From positions 346,029 to 410,028 of the forward strand of contig JAUWZX010000001.1 of the NCBI GenBank assembly GCA_030615175.1: DNA of 64,000 nt, read 5' to 3'. Positions 38,344-47,598 of the stretch are shown one piece after another. How positions within the stretch are numbered: position 1 is the first letter of the stretch; every line of letters begins with the position of its first letter. The DNA comes from Candidatus Parvarchaeota archaeon (lineage in GTDB: Archaea; Nanobdellota; Nanobdellia; WJKC01). The translations under genes and the position numbers were made by a program. The notes beneath the pieces were generated by a model. It was given only the letters and a program-made list of their open reading frames with translations, was not told the DNA's origin and made no database searches.

Positions 38344-38385
38344 AAAGCACTTATTAATAAGTGAAGAGCGCTTAAATGAGGTTCA

Positions 38386-39531
38386 ATGATAGTTTCTGAC
38401 ATAATGACTAAGAAGGTTAGGACGATTACTGCAAACGAGCCGGTAAGCAAGGCTTTTGGCATGATGAAGAGGCATGGCTTGAATAATATTCCTGTAATGA
38501 GTGAGGGACTGCTCATTGGCATGATAACTATTAAGGAAGTACTAAGCCAGCCAAGGTATGGCACCAGCGTGAAAGTAAGTAACTTAATGTTCATGCCTCC
38601 AACAATAAGTGAGGATGAAAGTATTGAGAGCGTTGTTAGCATGATAACTGAGACAGGAGTTAATGTAATACCAGTTATTTCAGGATTAAGACTTGTGGGG
38701 ATAATCAGCGACCATGATGTTCTTGGAGTAATGAAAGAAGAGTTTGAAGAAGTTCAAGTATCAGATTTAATGAAGAATAACGTGCCGTTACTGGAGAAGA
38801 ATGATGCTACTGGCAAGGCGACGAGGTTAATGGATTACCATAAACTAACAATGCTGCCAGTAATTAATGACAGAGGGTTACTAATAGGAGTTATTTATGA
38901 TTATGACATACTTAAAATGTTTTACAAGCCGAGGGAGAAGGCAGGGGTTAGGATGTCTGAGAATGTTGCAGTGGGTAGTGGCAGGAGCATTAATCCATTA
39001 TCAAGTCCTATAAATGTGGTAACGTCAAGTAATTATGAATCATTAAATCCTAATGACAAAGTCAGCAAGGCGCTTAAGATAATGCTTAAAAAAGACTTGA
39101 ATACTTTAGTAATCATTAATGATGCTGGAGCACCTGTTGGAGTATTGGAGCGCAGAAAATTAATTAATTACTTAAACAGGAAGGCAGGACCCAGGGGTGT
39201 GTTACTAACTTTTTCAGGTTTAAAACTTGATTATGCCATGAATCAATTACTTACTAAAGTCTTGCGAGACCATTTGTTAAGGGTTAATTACTTAGCTGTT
39301 GGTTTAAACAAGGTGAAGGTTTACATAAAGCCAGTGCATGAGGGTGCGGGCGTCAGGAAGTATGAGCTGAACTTAACGATTTACCAGCGTGGAGGCGGTG
39401 TTGAACGCACACAAAAGGTTGGTTACGACTTAAGAGCTGTTTTTGACGATGCATTAACGGATATTGAGAGAGTAATGATTAAGACTTATAAGAAAAAAAG
39501 ATATAATTTATGGCGCAAGCCAAGAGAGTAA
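38386..39531 (+). CDS. Tandem CBS-domain protein with C-terminal HPF/RaiA-like domain (ribosome hibernation factor candidate)
   Basis: Four CBS domains; C-terminal YDLRAVFDDALTDIERVM resembles HPF DLYAAID.A.DKLERQL. Confidence 0.8.
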   Translation: MIVSDIMTKKVRTITANEPVSKAFGMMKRHGLNNIPVMSEGLLIGMITIKEVLSQPRYGTSVKVSNLMFMPPTISEDESIESVVSMITETGVNVIPVISGLRLVGIISDHDVLGVMKEEFEEVQVSDLMKNNVPLLEKNDATGKATRLMDYHKLTMLPVINDRGLLIGVIYDYDILKMFYKPREKAGVRMSENVAVGSGRSINPLSSPINVVTSSNYESLNPNDKVSKALKIMLKKDLNTLVIINDAGAPVGVLERRKLINYLNRKAGPRGVLLTFSGLKLDYAMNQLLTKVLRDHLLRVNYLAVGLNKVKVYIKPVHEGAGVRKYELNLTIYQRGGGVERTQKVGYDLRAVFDDALTDIERVMIKTYKKKRYNLWRKPRE

Positions 39532-39565
39532 GATTTATTATTAAGTAATTTTATCTTATTAATCA

Positions 39566-40132
39566 ATGCCGATTAAAAATAAGACAATGGCTTTGATAAG
39601 GCTTCGAAAGACTCCTTACTCTGGCTTGCTTTCATTTCTTCAGGATGTTTTTTACAGGGATGTTACAGGAGTCTTAGCAGATAAAGCGTTAAAGTTATTA
39701 AAAAGGATTTATAAGGAGGACGTTAAGGCTTCTGACTGGAGGGTGATTATAAGTGAGTTATTTAATGTTAGTTACAGCACTAGTGCTGATGAGTCAGTGC
39801 TTGATAAAGTATGCTTTAATCATTTAGGGTTTCACAGGATGGATGTTGAGGCAAGCAAGCATAAACTAAGAGGCAGGAAGGTTTACCAAGGGTTAATTGA
39901 AAAGGATAAGGCAGGAGTCATTAAATTAAATGATAAGGAGTTAAGCGTTCTGAAAAAAGTTAATGAATGGAATAAAGCTGTTACGAGTTATTATTCAGTA
40001 CTTAATAAACTTAAGGCCTTAGGGTTCATTGAGAAGAAAAATAAGTATTATTCTAAGAGCCAGAAGTTCAAGAACAGGTTTACTCAAGTAATTGATTTAA
40101 TGAGCGGGTTCGAGAATGAATTAAGTGCTTGA
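39566..40132 (+). CDS. Hypothetical protein with C-terminal winged-helix-like segment
   Basis: YYSVLNKLKALGFIEK. Confidence 0.6.
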   Translation: MPIKNKTMALIRLRKTPYSGLLSFLQDVFYRDVTGVLADKALKLLKRIYKEDVKASDWRVIISELFNVSYSTSADESVLDKVCFNHLGFHRMDVEASKHKLRGRKVYQGLIEKDKAGVIKLNDKELSVLKKVNEWNKAVTSYYSVLNKLKALGFIEKKNKYYSKSQKFKNRFTQVIDLMSGFENELSA

Positions 40133-40744
40133 AATCGTTATTAAGTCATCCTTAGTATGCCTGCCGCCTAACTCATCAATGAATATTGTGTGAATGCTTG
40201 CCTCGTACTCACCTTCTGGGCAGGTTAATTCAAAAGTGGCTAGTACGATCTCATTAGGGTTTAAGTAACCAGTAACGTAATCTCTTTCAACAGTGCAGTC
40301 CACTGTAATGGTTGATTCATAAAATAATCTCTGGTCCTGATTATTAATTATATCATAATTTATCCCTGTCTTCTCGTCAGGCGTTACTTGATAATTAATT
40401 GACGGTGTCAGGACAACATCTTCTTCATGGGATATTAAGCACGCTGCTGTTATATCATAATCAGCGTTAACTGATCTTGCTTGCAGCGTGTCATTAAATA
40501 ATTGACCAATGATGAATACTTCCTTATCAATTAATTCATGCAGTAATGTATTATTAATTAATTTAAACACTCTCTTATCAATCTCGCATTTAACATATTT
40601 TGATTCCATTAAGTAAGTGTTATTCCTAAGTTTTACTGTGCCGTAAACCTCTATGTAAAACCCGCCAGGCGGTAATACTATTATTATTAGCAGTGTTATG
40701 AGTACTATAATTATTATTGACTTAATTATTGACTTCTTCTTCAT
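40121..40744 (-). CDS. Hypothetical membrane-anchored extracellular protein
   Basis: N-terminal signal/anchor; beta-rich, possibly Ig-like C-terminus. Confidence 0.6.
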   Translation of the reverse strand: MKKKSIIKSIIIIVLITLLIIIVLPPGGFYIEVYGTVKLRNNTYLMESKYVKCEIDKRVFKLINNTLLHELIDKEVFIIGQLFNDTLQARSVNADYDITAACLISHEEDVVLTPSINYQVTPDEKTGINYDIINNQDQRLFYESTITVDCTVERDYVTGYLNPNEIVLATFELTCPEGEYEASIHTIFIDELGGRHTKDDLITISST

Positions 40745-40794
40745 TATTGAATACTAAGATTTAAAACTTTAATAATCTTATTCAATTGATAAGC

Positions 40795-41451
40795 ATGATT
40801 AAATTACCTGTTATTGTAATTAACTTTAAGGCTTATGAGCAAGGCACTGGCAGGAAGGGTTTGATGATTTCAAGAATTATTAATAAGTTAAGCAAGTCAA
40901 TAATTCTTTGCCCTCAAGCGTATGACTTAAGAATGATTGCCATGGAGGTTAGTAACCCAGTGTTCACTCAATCACTTGAGCCGTTCACATCTGGAGCGCA
41001 TACAGGAAGTAATACTTGTCTTGCTGCTAAGATGGCAGGTGCGAGCGGCGTGCTTATTAATCATTCAGAGAATAAATGCAGTTTAAAAGTTATTAAGTTA
41101 TTAATTAATGTTTGCAGGAAGCATGGGCTGGTAAGCCTTGTATGCGCTCAAAGCCTTTCATGGGTTAAGAAGATTGTTAAATTCAAGCCTGACTTAATTG
41201 CTTATGAGCCGCCGTCACTTATTGGTGGCAAAGTGAGTGTTAGCACTTCTAAGCCTGGAGTTATTAGTGACTGCGTTAAGGCTTGCAAGGGCATCCCTTT
41301 GCTTGTCGGCGCTGGCGTCAGGAGTCCGGTTGATGTTAAGACAGCATTAAAATTAGGAGCTCAGGGAGTGCTAGTTGCTTCAGGCGTGATGAAGGCAGAG
41401 AAGCCTGAAGCAGTAGTTAAATGCTTGATTGATTCACTAAAAGTTACTTAA
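40795..41451 (+). CDS. tpiA: Triosephosphate isomerase (archaeal type)
   Basis: INFKAY, GAHTG, INHSE, AYEPP.LIG, GVLVASG. Confidence 0.95.
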   Translation: MIKLPVIVINFKAYEQGTGRKGLMISRIINKLSKSIILCPQAYDLRMIAMEVSNPVFTQSLEPFTSGAHTGSNTCLAAKMAGASGVLINHSENKCSLKVIKLLINVCRKHGLVSLVCAQSLSWVKKIVKFKPDLIAYEPPSLIGGKVSVSTSKPGVISDCVKACKGIPLLVGAGVRSPVDVKTALKLGAQGVLVASGVMKAEKPEAVVKCLIDSLKVT

Positions 41452-41452
41452 T

Positions 41453-42631
41453 TTACTTCCTTTTCTTATATATTTTATGCCTTTGCTTAACTTTCTTTTC
41501 AAGCTCCATTCTCATTACTTTTTCCTTAATTCTTTTATAATCAGCTGCCTTGAATTTATCCTTCATTTCATGAAGAATTTTTGGCAGTGTTGTGTACTCC
41601 ATGATGTCACTTGGTAGTCTGTGAGGTTCGAATGGCCCGTGGCGCCTTAAGTATTCACCAATCATGTTAGCTTTCTGCCTTGCTAAGTCAAAACTTGGAT
41701 CGTCAAACATGTCTCTCGGTTTGCCAAGCCTGCCGTTGCTTAACTGGAATCCTAAGCAAATAACTCTTGGGGGTCCGTCAAATCTTGTTGGATGAGCTTC
41801 TTTAACGCTTACAGGCATTAATGGCCCGTTATGGCTTCCTCTCATCCACCCTGCAACTAAGTGAGGGAAAGCAAATGCTTCAAGTACTTCACCAACCGCT
41901 GGCAGTCCCTTCTGAGCCCTGATAATTAATGCAGGGTCGTCTTTTCCTACGTACTTGCCTGCTATTAATGATAACTTGGTTGTTGTTGCAGTGGCCGCAA
42001 TTATTTTCGGCTTGTTCTTGTAAACATTTTTTATCACGTACCTGCCCGGACTGCCAATTAATACTAATAAATCATAGATGTGTTCAGGGCATCTTAGTTT
42101 TATTGACTTGTCCTGCTTAACGTCAAGCACTTCGAAAGTGAATCCTTCATGCATTGTGAAGTCAATGATTAATCCGGCAGTATTAAATGGGTCTGCGAAA
42201 ATCTTGTATAATGGCAAGTTCCACGCGCCTGGCTCTGTCTTGTCAGCCATGAATATCAGTATTGGCTCGCTCTTACGTTCTTCAAAACTCATTTCAGCCA
42301 CTCCAGGACCCATTCCTTTAATATTCCCTGAGAAACTTGTCTTAAGCAGGTCCTGTCCTGCACCGTATAATTTTAATTCCCTGGCTTTTTCAGTGCATTT
42401 AAGGAATGTTTCCCAGCCAAGTTCATGAATGTGTTCTGAATTAATTCCTTTCTTGTGAGTCATTATTAATTCCAAGTCATCACCGCATGCTGTTACATAA
42501 GAATCAATTAGTAAGTCACTTTTCCTTAATTCCTTTCTTGCTAGTGTTATTACTTCAGGATGACTGGCTGAGTGCCCGACGTATCCTCCTACATCTGCCT
42601 TGAGCAAACTAATAGTTATTTTTTTTGCCAT
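41453..42631 (-). CDS. fbp: Fructose-1,6-bisphosphate aldolase/phosphatase (class V)
   Basis: KADVGG..GH, GDDLELIMTH, YGAGQDLL, YVGKDDP, GWMRGSH.GPLMP. Confidence 0.97.
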   Translation of the reverse strand: MAKKITISLLKADVGGYVGHSASHPEVITLARKELRKSDLLIDSYVTACGDDLELIMTHKKGINSEHIHELGWETFLKCTEKARELKLYGAGQDLLKTSFSGNIKGMGPGVAEMSFEERKSEPILIFMADKTEPGAWNLPLYKIFADPFNTAGLIIDFTMHEGFTFEVLDVKQDKSIKLRCPEHIYDLLVLIGSPGRYVIKNVYKNKPKIIAATATTTKLSLIAGKYVGKDDPALIIRAQKGLPAVGEVLEAFAFPHLVAGWMRGSHNGPLMPVSVKEAHPTRFDGPPRVICLGFQLSNGRLGKPRDMFDDPSFDLARQKANMIGEYLRRHGPFEPHRLPSDIMEYTTLPKILHEMKDKFKAADYKRIKEKVMRMELEKKVKQRHKIYKKRK

Positions 42632-42664
42632 GTCATTTATTAATGAGTTAGTAGTTTATGAACT

Positions 42665-42952
42665 TTACCGCCAGTATATTGGAGGAGCCTTCTCCCTCCC
42701 ACTTCCTTTAATCATGAAGTAAATGATTGTTCCTATTAAACTAATGTAGAATAATCCTAACCCCCAAGGAATTAGTGATAATAAAAGTATTGTTGGGTCA
42801 TCAGCCATTGCCTCATCCGCAGCCACTAACTGCGCTTGGAATTCTTGGAATACAACGAATGCCTGGAATATTACTGAGAATACGAATAAACCGACAACGA
42901 ATACTATTGTTCCAGCAATTAATACTTTATACGCTGGTATCTCTTCTGGCAT
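42665..42952 (-). CDS. Small 2-TM membrane protein
   Basis: Two hydrophobic helices. Confidence 0.7.
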   Translation of the reverse strand: MPEEIPAYKVLIAGTIVFVVGLFVFSVIFQAFVVFQEFQAQLVAADEAMADDPTILLLSLIPWGLGLFYISLIGTIIYFMIKGSGREKAPPIYWR

Positions 42953-43006
42953 TACTATTTTATTAATCGTTTGGTTTTTATATTAGTTTTCAATTAATAT
43001 TAATTA

Positions 43007-43453
43007 ATGGCGCGTAAAGTTTTCAAAGACATACCTGTTATTGATGTTCATATTAGGAAATTTGAGAAGCCTGATAATTTTTCACTTAATGTTTTAATGA
43101 GAAAGTTCTGCATTAGCATGGGCTTACTGCAGCCTGGTGATGGCAGGGATTCAATTGTTGACTTATTAACTCTTTTCTATAAGGCTGGCAGGGTTAAGAG
43201 GTACCTGACTATTGAGGAGGTTTATAAGTTCATGTTAGGGCTTGAGAAGTCCGGCACTGCTCAGTCAAATGTGAGGCGCAATATTCTCCGCTTGAAAGAC
43301 TTAGGTTTTATTGACAGGACTGGTAATGGTTACAGGATTCGCGAATGGCTTTCCTTTCATGGCTTAGTTAGCGAGTTCACTAAATTCAAGGTTGAACCCG
43401 TTCTTGAGCGTATTAAGGAATATGCTAAGGCATTGGATGATTCATGTAAGTAA
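43007..43453 (+). CDS. Winged-helix domain protein
   Basis: SMGLLQPGDGRD, SNVRRNILRLKDLGFI. Confidence 0.75.
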   Translation: MARKVFKDIPVIDVHIRKFEKPDNFSLNVLMRKFCISMGLLQPGDGRDSIVDLLTLFYKAGRVKRYLTIEEVYKFMLGLEKSGTAQSNVRRNILRLKDLGFIDRTGNGYRIREWLSFHGLVSEFTKFKVEPVLERIKEYAKALDDSCK

Positions 43454-43465
43454 TTACAACCTTCT

Positions 43466-43771
43466 TTACTTTCTTCTTGCCATTTCTGCTTTATTGAATA
43501 ATCTGATTAATTGCTCCATGTGACTGCCGACGTCCCTGCCCACCGGCGTCAGCCTTATTAGTTTCAGCCTTCCTTTCTTATCAAATTCTATTAGTTTATT
43601 CTTTTCAAGTATTTGCAGTATCCTGACTGTGTGACTGTAAGTGCAGTCAACTTCCTTTGCCAGCAGGCTTGCGTATCTTGGTTTATCATCATTTCTGAGT
43701 TTTACCAGCATCATCACAGGCTTGCGTCTTAAGAAAAAGTGAAGTAATCTTTTTTCAGTATTATCTTCCAT
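43466..43771 (-). CDS. Winged-helix (MarR-like) transcriptional regulator
   Basis: YASLLAKEVDCTYSHTVRIL..LE...LI.F.KKGR.K..RLT..G. Confidence 0.88.
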   Translation of the reverse strand: MEDNTEKRLLHFFLRRKPVMMLVKLRNDDKPRYASLLAKEVDCTYSHTVRILQILEKNKLIEFDKKGRLKLIRLTPVGRDVGSHMEQLIRLFNKAEMARRK

Positions 43772-43860
43772 GCTCTACGTTATCTATATACTTCTTTATA
43801 TACTTTATGGTTATGTATTCACAACTACTATTTTTCTAAGATATAGATGATAATGTCTAT

Positions 43861-44334
43861 TTAAAAAACATCATAATCAAAAGGATTGTTATACTTTTTT
43901 GATAAAATATGATTTAAGTAGTAAATCATCTCCCTTCGCGGTTCACCCCACGTAAGCATGTTCACACAGCTTTCCTTGACATCTTTTATTTTATCTTCTG
44001 TTAAATCCTTTATCACCCATTTAGGAATCCTGAAGCCGTAAATCCTTCCGCATTCCTCATCATATTGTCTGACTCCGTGAACTAAGAATGATAAGTCTTC
44101 CCAGAAAATATTCATTAAGAATTCATACTTCCCTCTTAAAGCGTGTGGGTCATTTATCTTTTTCAAGTCTTTTCTTAAATACTTAAAGATGTCTTTGGAG
44201 CGTTTCCTCATTTTTTCATATAATACTGGAGCAATATAATGGTCATCTTCATTGTCTTTAACTGTTAATGATTTATAATCAGCGAAATCCCATAACTTCT
44301 TTTGAATATGCCAGAACTTAATTTTCTCAAACAT
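43861..44334 (-). CDS. Hypothetical protein (start reassigned downstream of the tRNA)
   Basis: The track ORF overlaps the tRNA; ATG 44334 has a TATA ~24 nt upstream. Confidence 0.6.
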   Translation of the reverse strand: MFEKIKFWHIQKKLWDFADYKSLTVKDNEDDHYIAPVLYEKMRKRSKDIFKYLRKDLKKINDPHALRGKYEFLMNIFWEDLSFLVHGVRQYDEECGRIYGFRIPKWVIKDLTEDKIKDVKESCVNMLTWGEPRREMIYYLNHILSKKYNNPFDYDVF

Positions 44335-44415
44335 CAATGATTTATATAATAAGTTCATAAATATATAAATGCCCCCACCCCCTGCATTTGATGTTTTTTT
44401 ATATAAAGAAGAAAA

Positions 44416-44531
44416 TGCTCCCGCCGCGATTTGAACGCGAGTCAAGCCCTCCGCAGGGGCTCGTTCTATTTGCCCTGCCAGTCAAATCCCTTTAAAAGGA
44501 TTTAATGGTTTCCAGGCTAAACTACGGGAGC
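44416..44531 (-). tRNA. tRNA-Arg(GCG) with ~42-nt intron in the D-loop (about 44470..44511)
   Basis: GCTCCCG/CGGGAGC acceptor, AGCCC-CT-GCG-GA-GGGCT, TTCAAAT; removing 42 nt restores the D-loop AGCCTGGATA. Confidence 0.9.
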
Positions 44532-44572
44532 AAACAATCTTTAAATAATATCCACTCTTTAATAATGTTATC

Positions 44573-45793
44573 ATGAAAAAGAAGCTCTTAATGATTATTC
44601 TTGACGGCGCTTCAGGACTGCCTGCAAAGAGTTTAGGAGGCAAAACGCCTCTTGAGGCTGCTCGCACCCCATTCCTTGACAGGGTGGCGATTTCTTCAAA
44701 GGCCGGAGTAATGAATGTGATTGCTAAAGGCATTGCTCCTCAGAGTGATGCGGCTGCGTTCGCGTTACTAGGAAATAATCCTTTCAGGATTCCTGCACGC
44801 GGAGTTACTGAGGCAGTTGGTGCTGAACTTGAATTCAAGAACGGCGAGTTAGCGCTTCGCTGTAATTTCGCTCAAGTGCATGGCGGCGTGATTAAGAATG
44901 TCCGGATTCCAAAACTGCATCACTTCACTGGCAGGAGGATTGAGAAGGTAATTAATGAAGGAGTTAATTTAAATGTGCCTTTCACTTTTAAGTTCACTAT
45001 TGGTTACAGGGCAGTATTAGTCCTTCATGGAAAGGACTTGTCAGACAAGGTGACTAATACTCATCCAGGCTACGTGCGGGAACGCATTGGCGGCGAGTTA
45101 GTTAGTGTTGCAAAGCACTTGAAGGGCTTGAAGAAGATTAAGGAAGCAAAACCATTAATTAAGGATGCTCATTACTCTGCTGAATTAATTAATGACTTCT
45201 CAAGGCAGGCGCATGAAGCATTGAAAAAGGCAGCGATTAAAGACCCTAAAGGAGGCGTTATTAATTACATTTTGTGCAGGGATGCTGGTAATAATAAACC
45301 TGAATTCACTAGTTTTTACAGCAAGTATAAACTCTTATTCGGTTTGGTTGCTGAAATGCCTGTTGAATTAGGGATTGCGAGAATGCTTAAATTAGAAATA
45401 ATTAAGCCTAAAAATACTTATCAGAAAACAGCTCACTGCATTATTAAAGAATTGCCTGATTTTGACGGCTTATACATTCACTTGAAGGGTCCTGATAAGT
45501 ATGGTCATTTAGGCGATGCTGTTGGCAAGAAGAAGGCTATTGAGAAAATTGATAAGGAATTCATGAGCGTAATGCTTAAACATATTAACCCAAGAGAGCA
45601 CTTGTTATGCGTGACTTCTGACCATTCAACCCCCGCTGTTTATGGCAGTCATTCAAGCCATCCAGTACCATTATTAATAACTAGTGGTATGCCCGATGGT
45701 GTGAAGAGGTTCACTGAAAAGGAATGCGCTAAGGGCTCAATTAAAGGACTGGTTGGCAGGGAATTAATGAATGAGTTAGTAAAGAGATTATAA
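44573..45793 (+). CDS. apgM: Cofactor-independent phosphoglycerate mutase (archaeal ApgM)
   Basis: ILDGA, KTPLEAA.TP.LD, SD, RCNF, KGPD..GH.GD, TSDHSTP, HSS.PVP. Confidence 0.94.
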   Translation: MKKKLLMIILDGASGLPAKSLGGKTPLEAARTPFLDRVAISSKAGVMNVIAKGIAPQSDAAAFALLGNNPFRIPARGVTEAVGAELEFKNGELALRCNFAQVHGGVIKNVRIPKLHHFTGRRIEKVINEGVNLNVPFTFKFTIGYRAVLVLHGKDLSDKVTNTHPGYVRERIGGELVSVAKHLKGLKKIKEAKPLIKDAHYSAELINDFSRQAHEALKKAAIKDPKGGVINYILCRDAGNNKPEFTSFYSKYKLLFGLVAEMPVELGIARMLKLEIIKPKNTYQKTAHCIIKELPDFDGLYIHLKGPDKYGHLGDAVGKKKAIEKIDKEFMSVMLKHINPREHLLCVTSDHSTPAVYGSHSSHPVPLLITSGMPDGVKRFTEKECAKGSIKGLVGRELMNELVKRL

Positions 45794-46183
45794 TCTTGGA
45801 TTCTTTTTTGTAAGGGATGTTTTACTAATTCTGCCTTTTGTTGGGTCACTGACCGTAATTATCTTTGGCAGCTCTCCTAAGCCTCTGAGGATAATGTATC
45901 TCTTCTTGAACAAGCCTGTCTTGACAGGGTTGAATTCTCCTAAGTATTTGTCAAGACTTTTATTTTCATCTATTAAATTAATCTGTATTTCGAATCCTAT
46001 AGGCTTCTTGTTTACTACCTTGCTTAAATGCTCTTTGCACGCGTATAAGATTTCAGCCGCTGGCGCTCTTCTGAAGATAATTGTCTTCACATACTTAACT
46101 ATCATGTATTTTGAATCCTCAGAACCGCATTCAAAGCAATTATTATAAACTTCACATGGTACTTCACTAATTTCATCTGCCAT
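45788..46183 (-). CDS. Hypothetical protein with CxxC...CxxH (possible Zn site)
   Basis: CFEC, CKEH. Confidence 0.6.
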   Translation of the reverse strand: MADEISEVPCEVYNNCFECGSEDSKYMIVKYVKTIIFRRAPAAEILYACKEHLSKVVNKKPIGFEIQINLIDENKSLDKYLGEFNPVKTGLFKKRYIILRGLGELPKIITVSDPTKGRISKTSLTKKNPRL

Positions 46184-46216
46184 GAATAATAAGAAATGCT
46201 TGTAGGAATATAAATA

Positions 46217-46816
46217 TTATGTGATTAAGTTAACGAATAATGATTGGTTGTGAATTACTATGTGATTCTCGAATAATTTATCATAAAGGTCTGACTTAGT
46301 GTTCTTGAATTTGAGGAACATTTCCTTATTCATTATCCTGGCAGTAATAGCATTCTTAACATCACTGAAAGCATGCTTTAAGAAGTTAATTACTTGTTCT
46401 TTATTTAAGTTATCACTTAAGACTAGGATGTTTATATTAGCATCTTCCTCGCGCTCATTAACGAATGAGCCGAAGAATATGATGCTCTTAATCTTTAACC
46501 TGTGGCAGTTATCCTTAATTATCAAGACTCCTTTACTGAATTCAGGGTAGATACTTAGGAATTCATAGTAATTCTCCTTTTCAATAAGTGAATAAATTAA
46601 TTGCCCTGCCTCACTGTTAAGCTCCGGCTTTAATAATCTTATAGAACCAGCCCTTGATTCAGCAATTATTCCTGACTTAATTAATTCATCCAAGTGCGCG
46701 TAGCCAATCTTCTGACTTATACCTAACTGCCTAAGCAGTCTGGATATTTTTATTCCCCGGGTTGAATAAATTAATCTAAGCATTTTATGCCTTGACTTAC
46801 TTATCGGCAGTATCAT
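46217..46816 (-). CDS. wHTH + minimal nucleotidyltransferase-like fusion (degenerate catalytic site)
   Basis: N-terminal HTH; IIFFGSF followed by ANINILV where SDIDLLV is expected. Confidence 0.8.
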   Translation of the reverse strand: MILPISKSRHKMLRLIYSTRGIKISRLLRQLGISQKIGYAHLDELIKSGIIAESRAGSIRLLKPELNSEAGQLIYSLIEKENYYEFLSIYPEFSKGVLIIKDNCHRLKIKSIIFFGSFVNEREEDANINILVLSDNLNKEQVINFLKHAFSDVKNAITARIMNKEMFLKFKNTKSDLYDKLFENHIVIHNQSLFVNLIT

Positions 46817-46855
46817 TAATTAGACGTTAATGTCTATAGTTATTTAAAAATTTTA

Positions 46856-47542
46856 CTATTTAATTATGAATAAATATTTTTCAAGCAGCCCGTGTTTAAT
46901 TTCATCCCAGTCTTTTTCATTATTCATAAAATCATCTAAGGAAGTGTTTGTTATTATTACCTGATGCTTGTTAAATAATTTCTTTAGTGGATTAATTTGT
47001 TTAAGTAAGGCCTCCTCATCAAGAAGTATTTTATCAACTGATTTTATTCTTATAACTTTTTCAGCCAAATCACCCGGATTACTTGATATAATTATGTAAT
47101 CAATTTTTAGTCTTGGATAAATATTTTTTATATGCTTTAATAATCTATCCTCACTAATTTCTGAAAAACTTCCTTTTATTATTATTCTTTTATCATCATC
47201 ATTTAATCTTTCTGTCCATTTTTCACAAAAATATGAACGGCACGTACTTGACCTGTAATCATAAACCAAGCACTTCTTCTCCAGGTCATAAGCAGTGCAT
47301 GGATTTATCATTGCTATTTCTTTTTTTCCCTGTAAGTTATGGTAAGCCCAGAGTACTGGTTGAATGTTAAGCTTTTCATTCTTCACTTTAATTAAGTTCT
47401 CTAAGAATTCAGATAATATGAATCCATAACAGCAGTGAAGCGGATGCTTATCTGATTCTTCAATGCTCTTAGTGCTCTTTGGCTTGCACTTACCGCAAAT
47501 CTTATTTGACAGCTTGTAATATTGTTTTTGCCATTCATTCAT
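46856..47542 (-). CDS. YkgJ/CxxCxxCC cysteine-cluster protein
   Basis: CGKC...CC, PC..Y....CLVYDYRSSTCRSYFC; start may be 47542 (TATA spacing) or 47593. Confidence 0.75.
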   Translation of the reverse strand: MNEWQKQYYKLSNKICGKCKPKSTKSIEESDKHPLHCCYGFILSEFLENLIKVKNEKLNIQPVLWAYHNLQGKKEIAMINPCTAYDLEKKCLVYDYRSSTCRSYFCEKWTERLNDDDKRIIIKGSFSEISEDRLLKHIKNIYPRLKIDYIIISSNPGDLAEKVIRIKSVDKILLDEEALLKQINPLKKLFNKHQVIITNTSLDDFMNNEKDWDEIKHGLLEKYLFIIK

Positions 47543-47598
47543 GTCTGAAGTAATCTTATATTCCTGTTTATAAATCTTTTTAAATAAATTCATGATTA

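Noticed and set aside
43775..43855. Imperfect inverted repeat (atctatat...atatagat) upstream of the wHTH regulator as an operator
   Set aside because: AT-only, widely spaced arms are expected by chance.
44335..44733. ORF extension to 44445 and ORF 44482..44733
   Set aside because: They overlap the intron-containing tRNA-Arg and are antisense to apgM.
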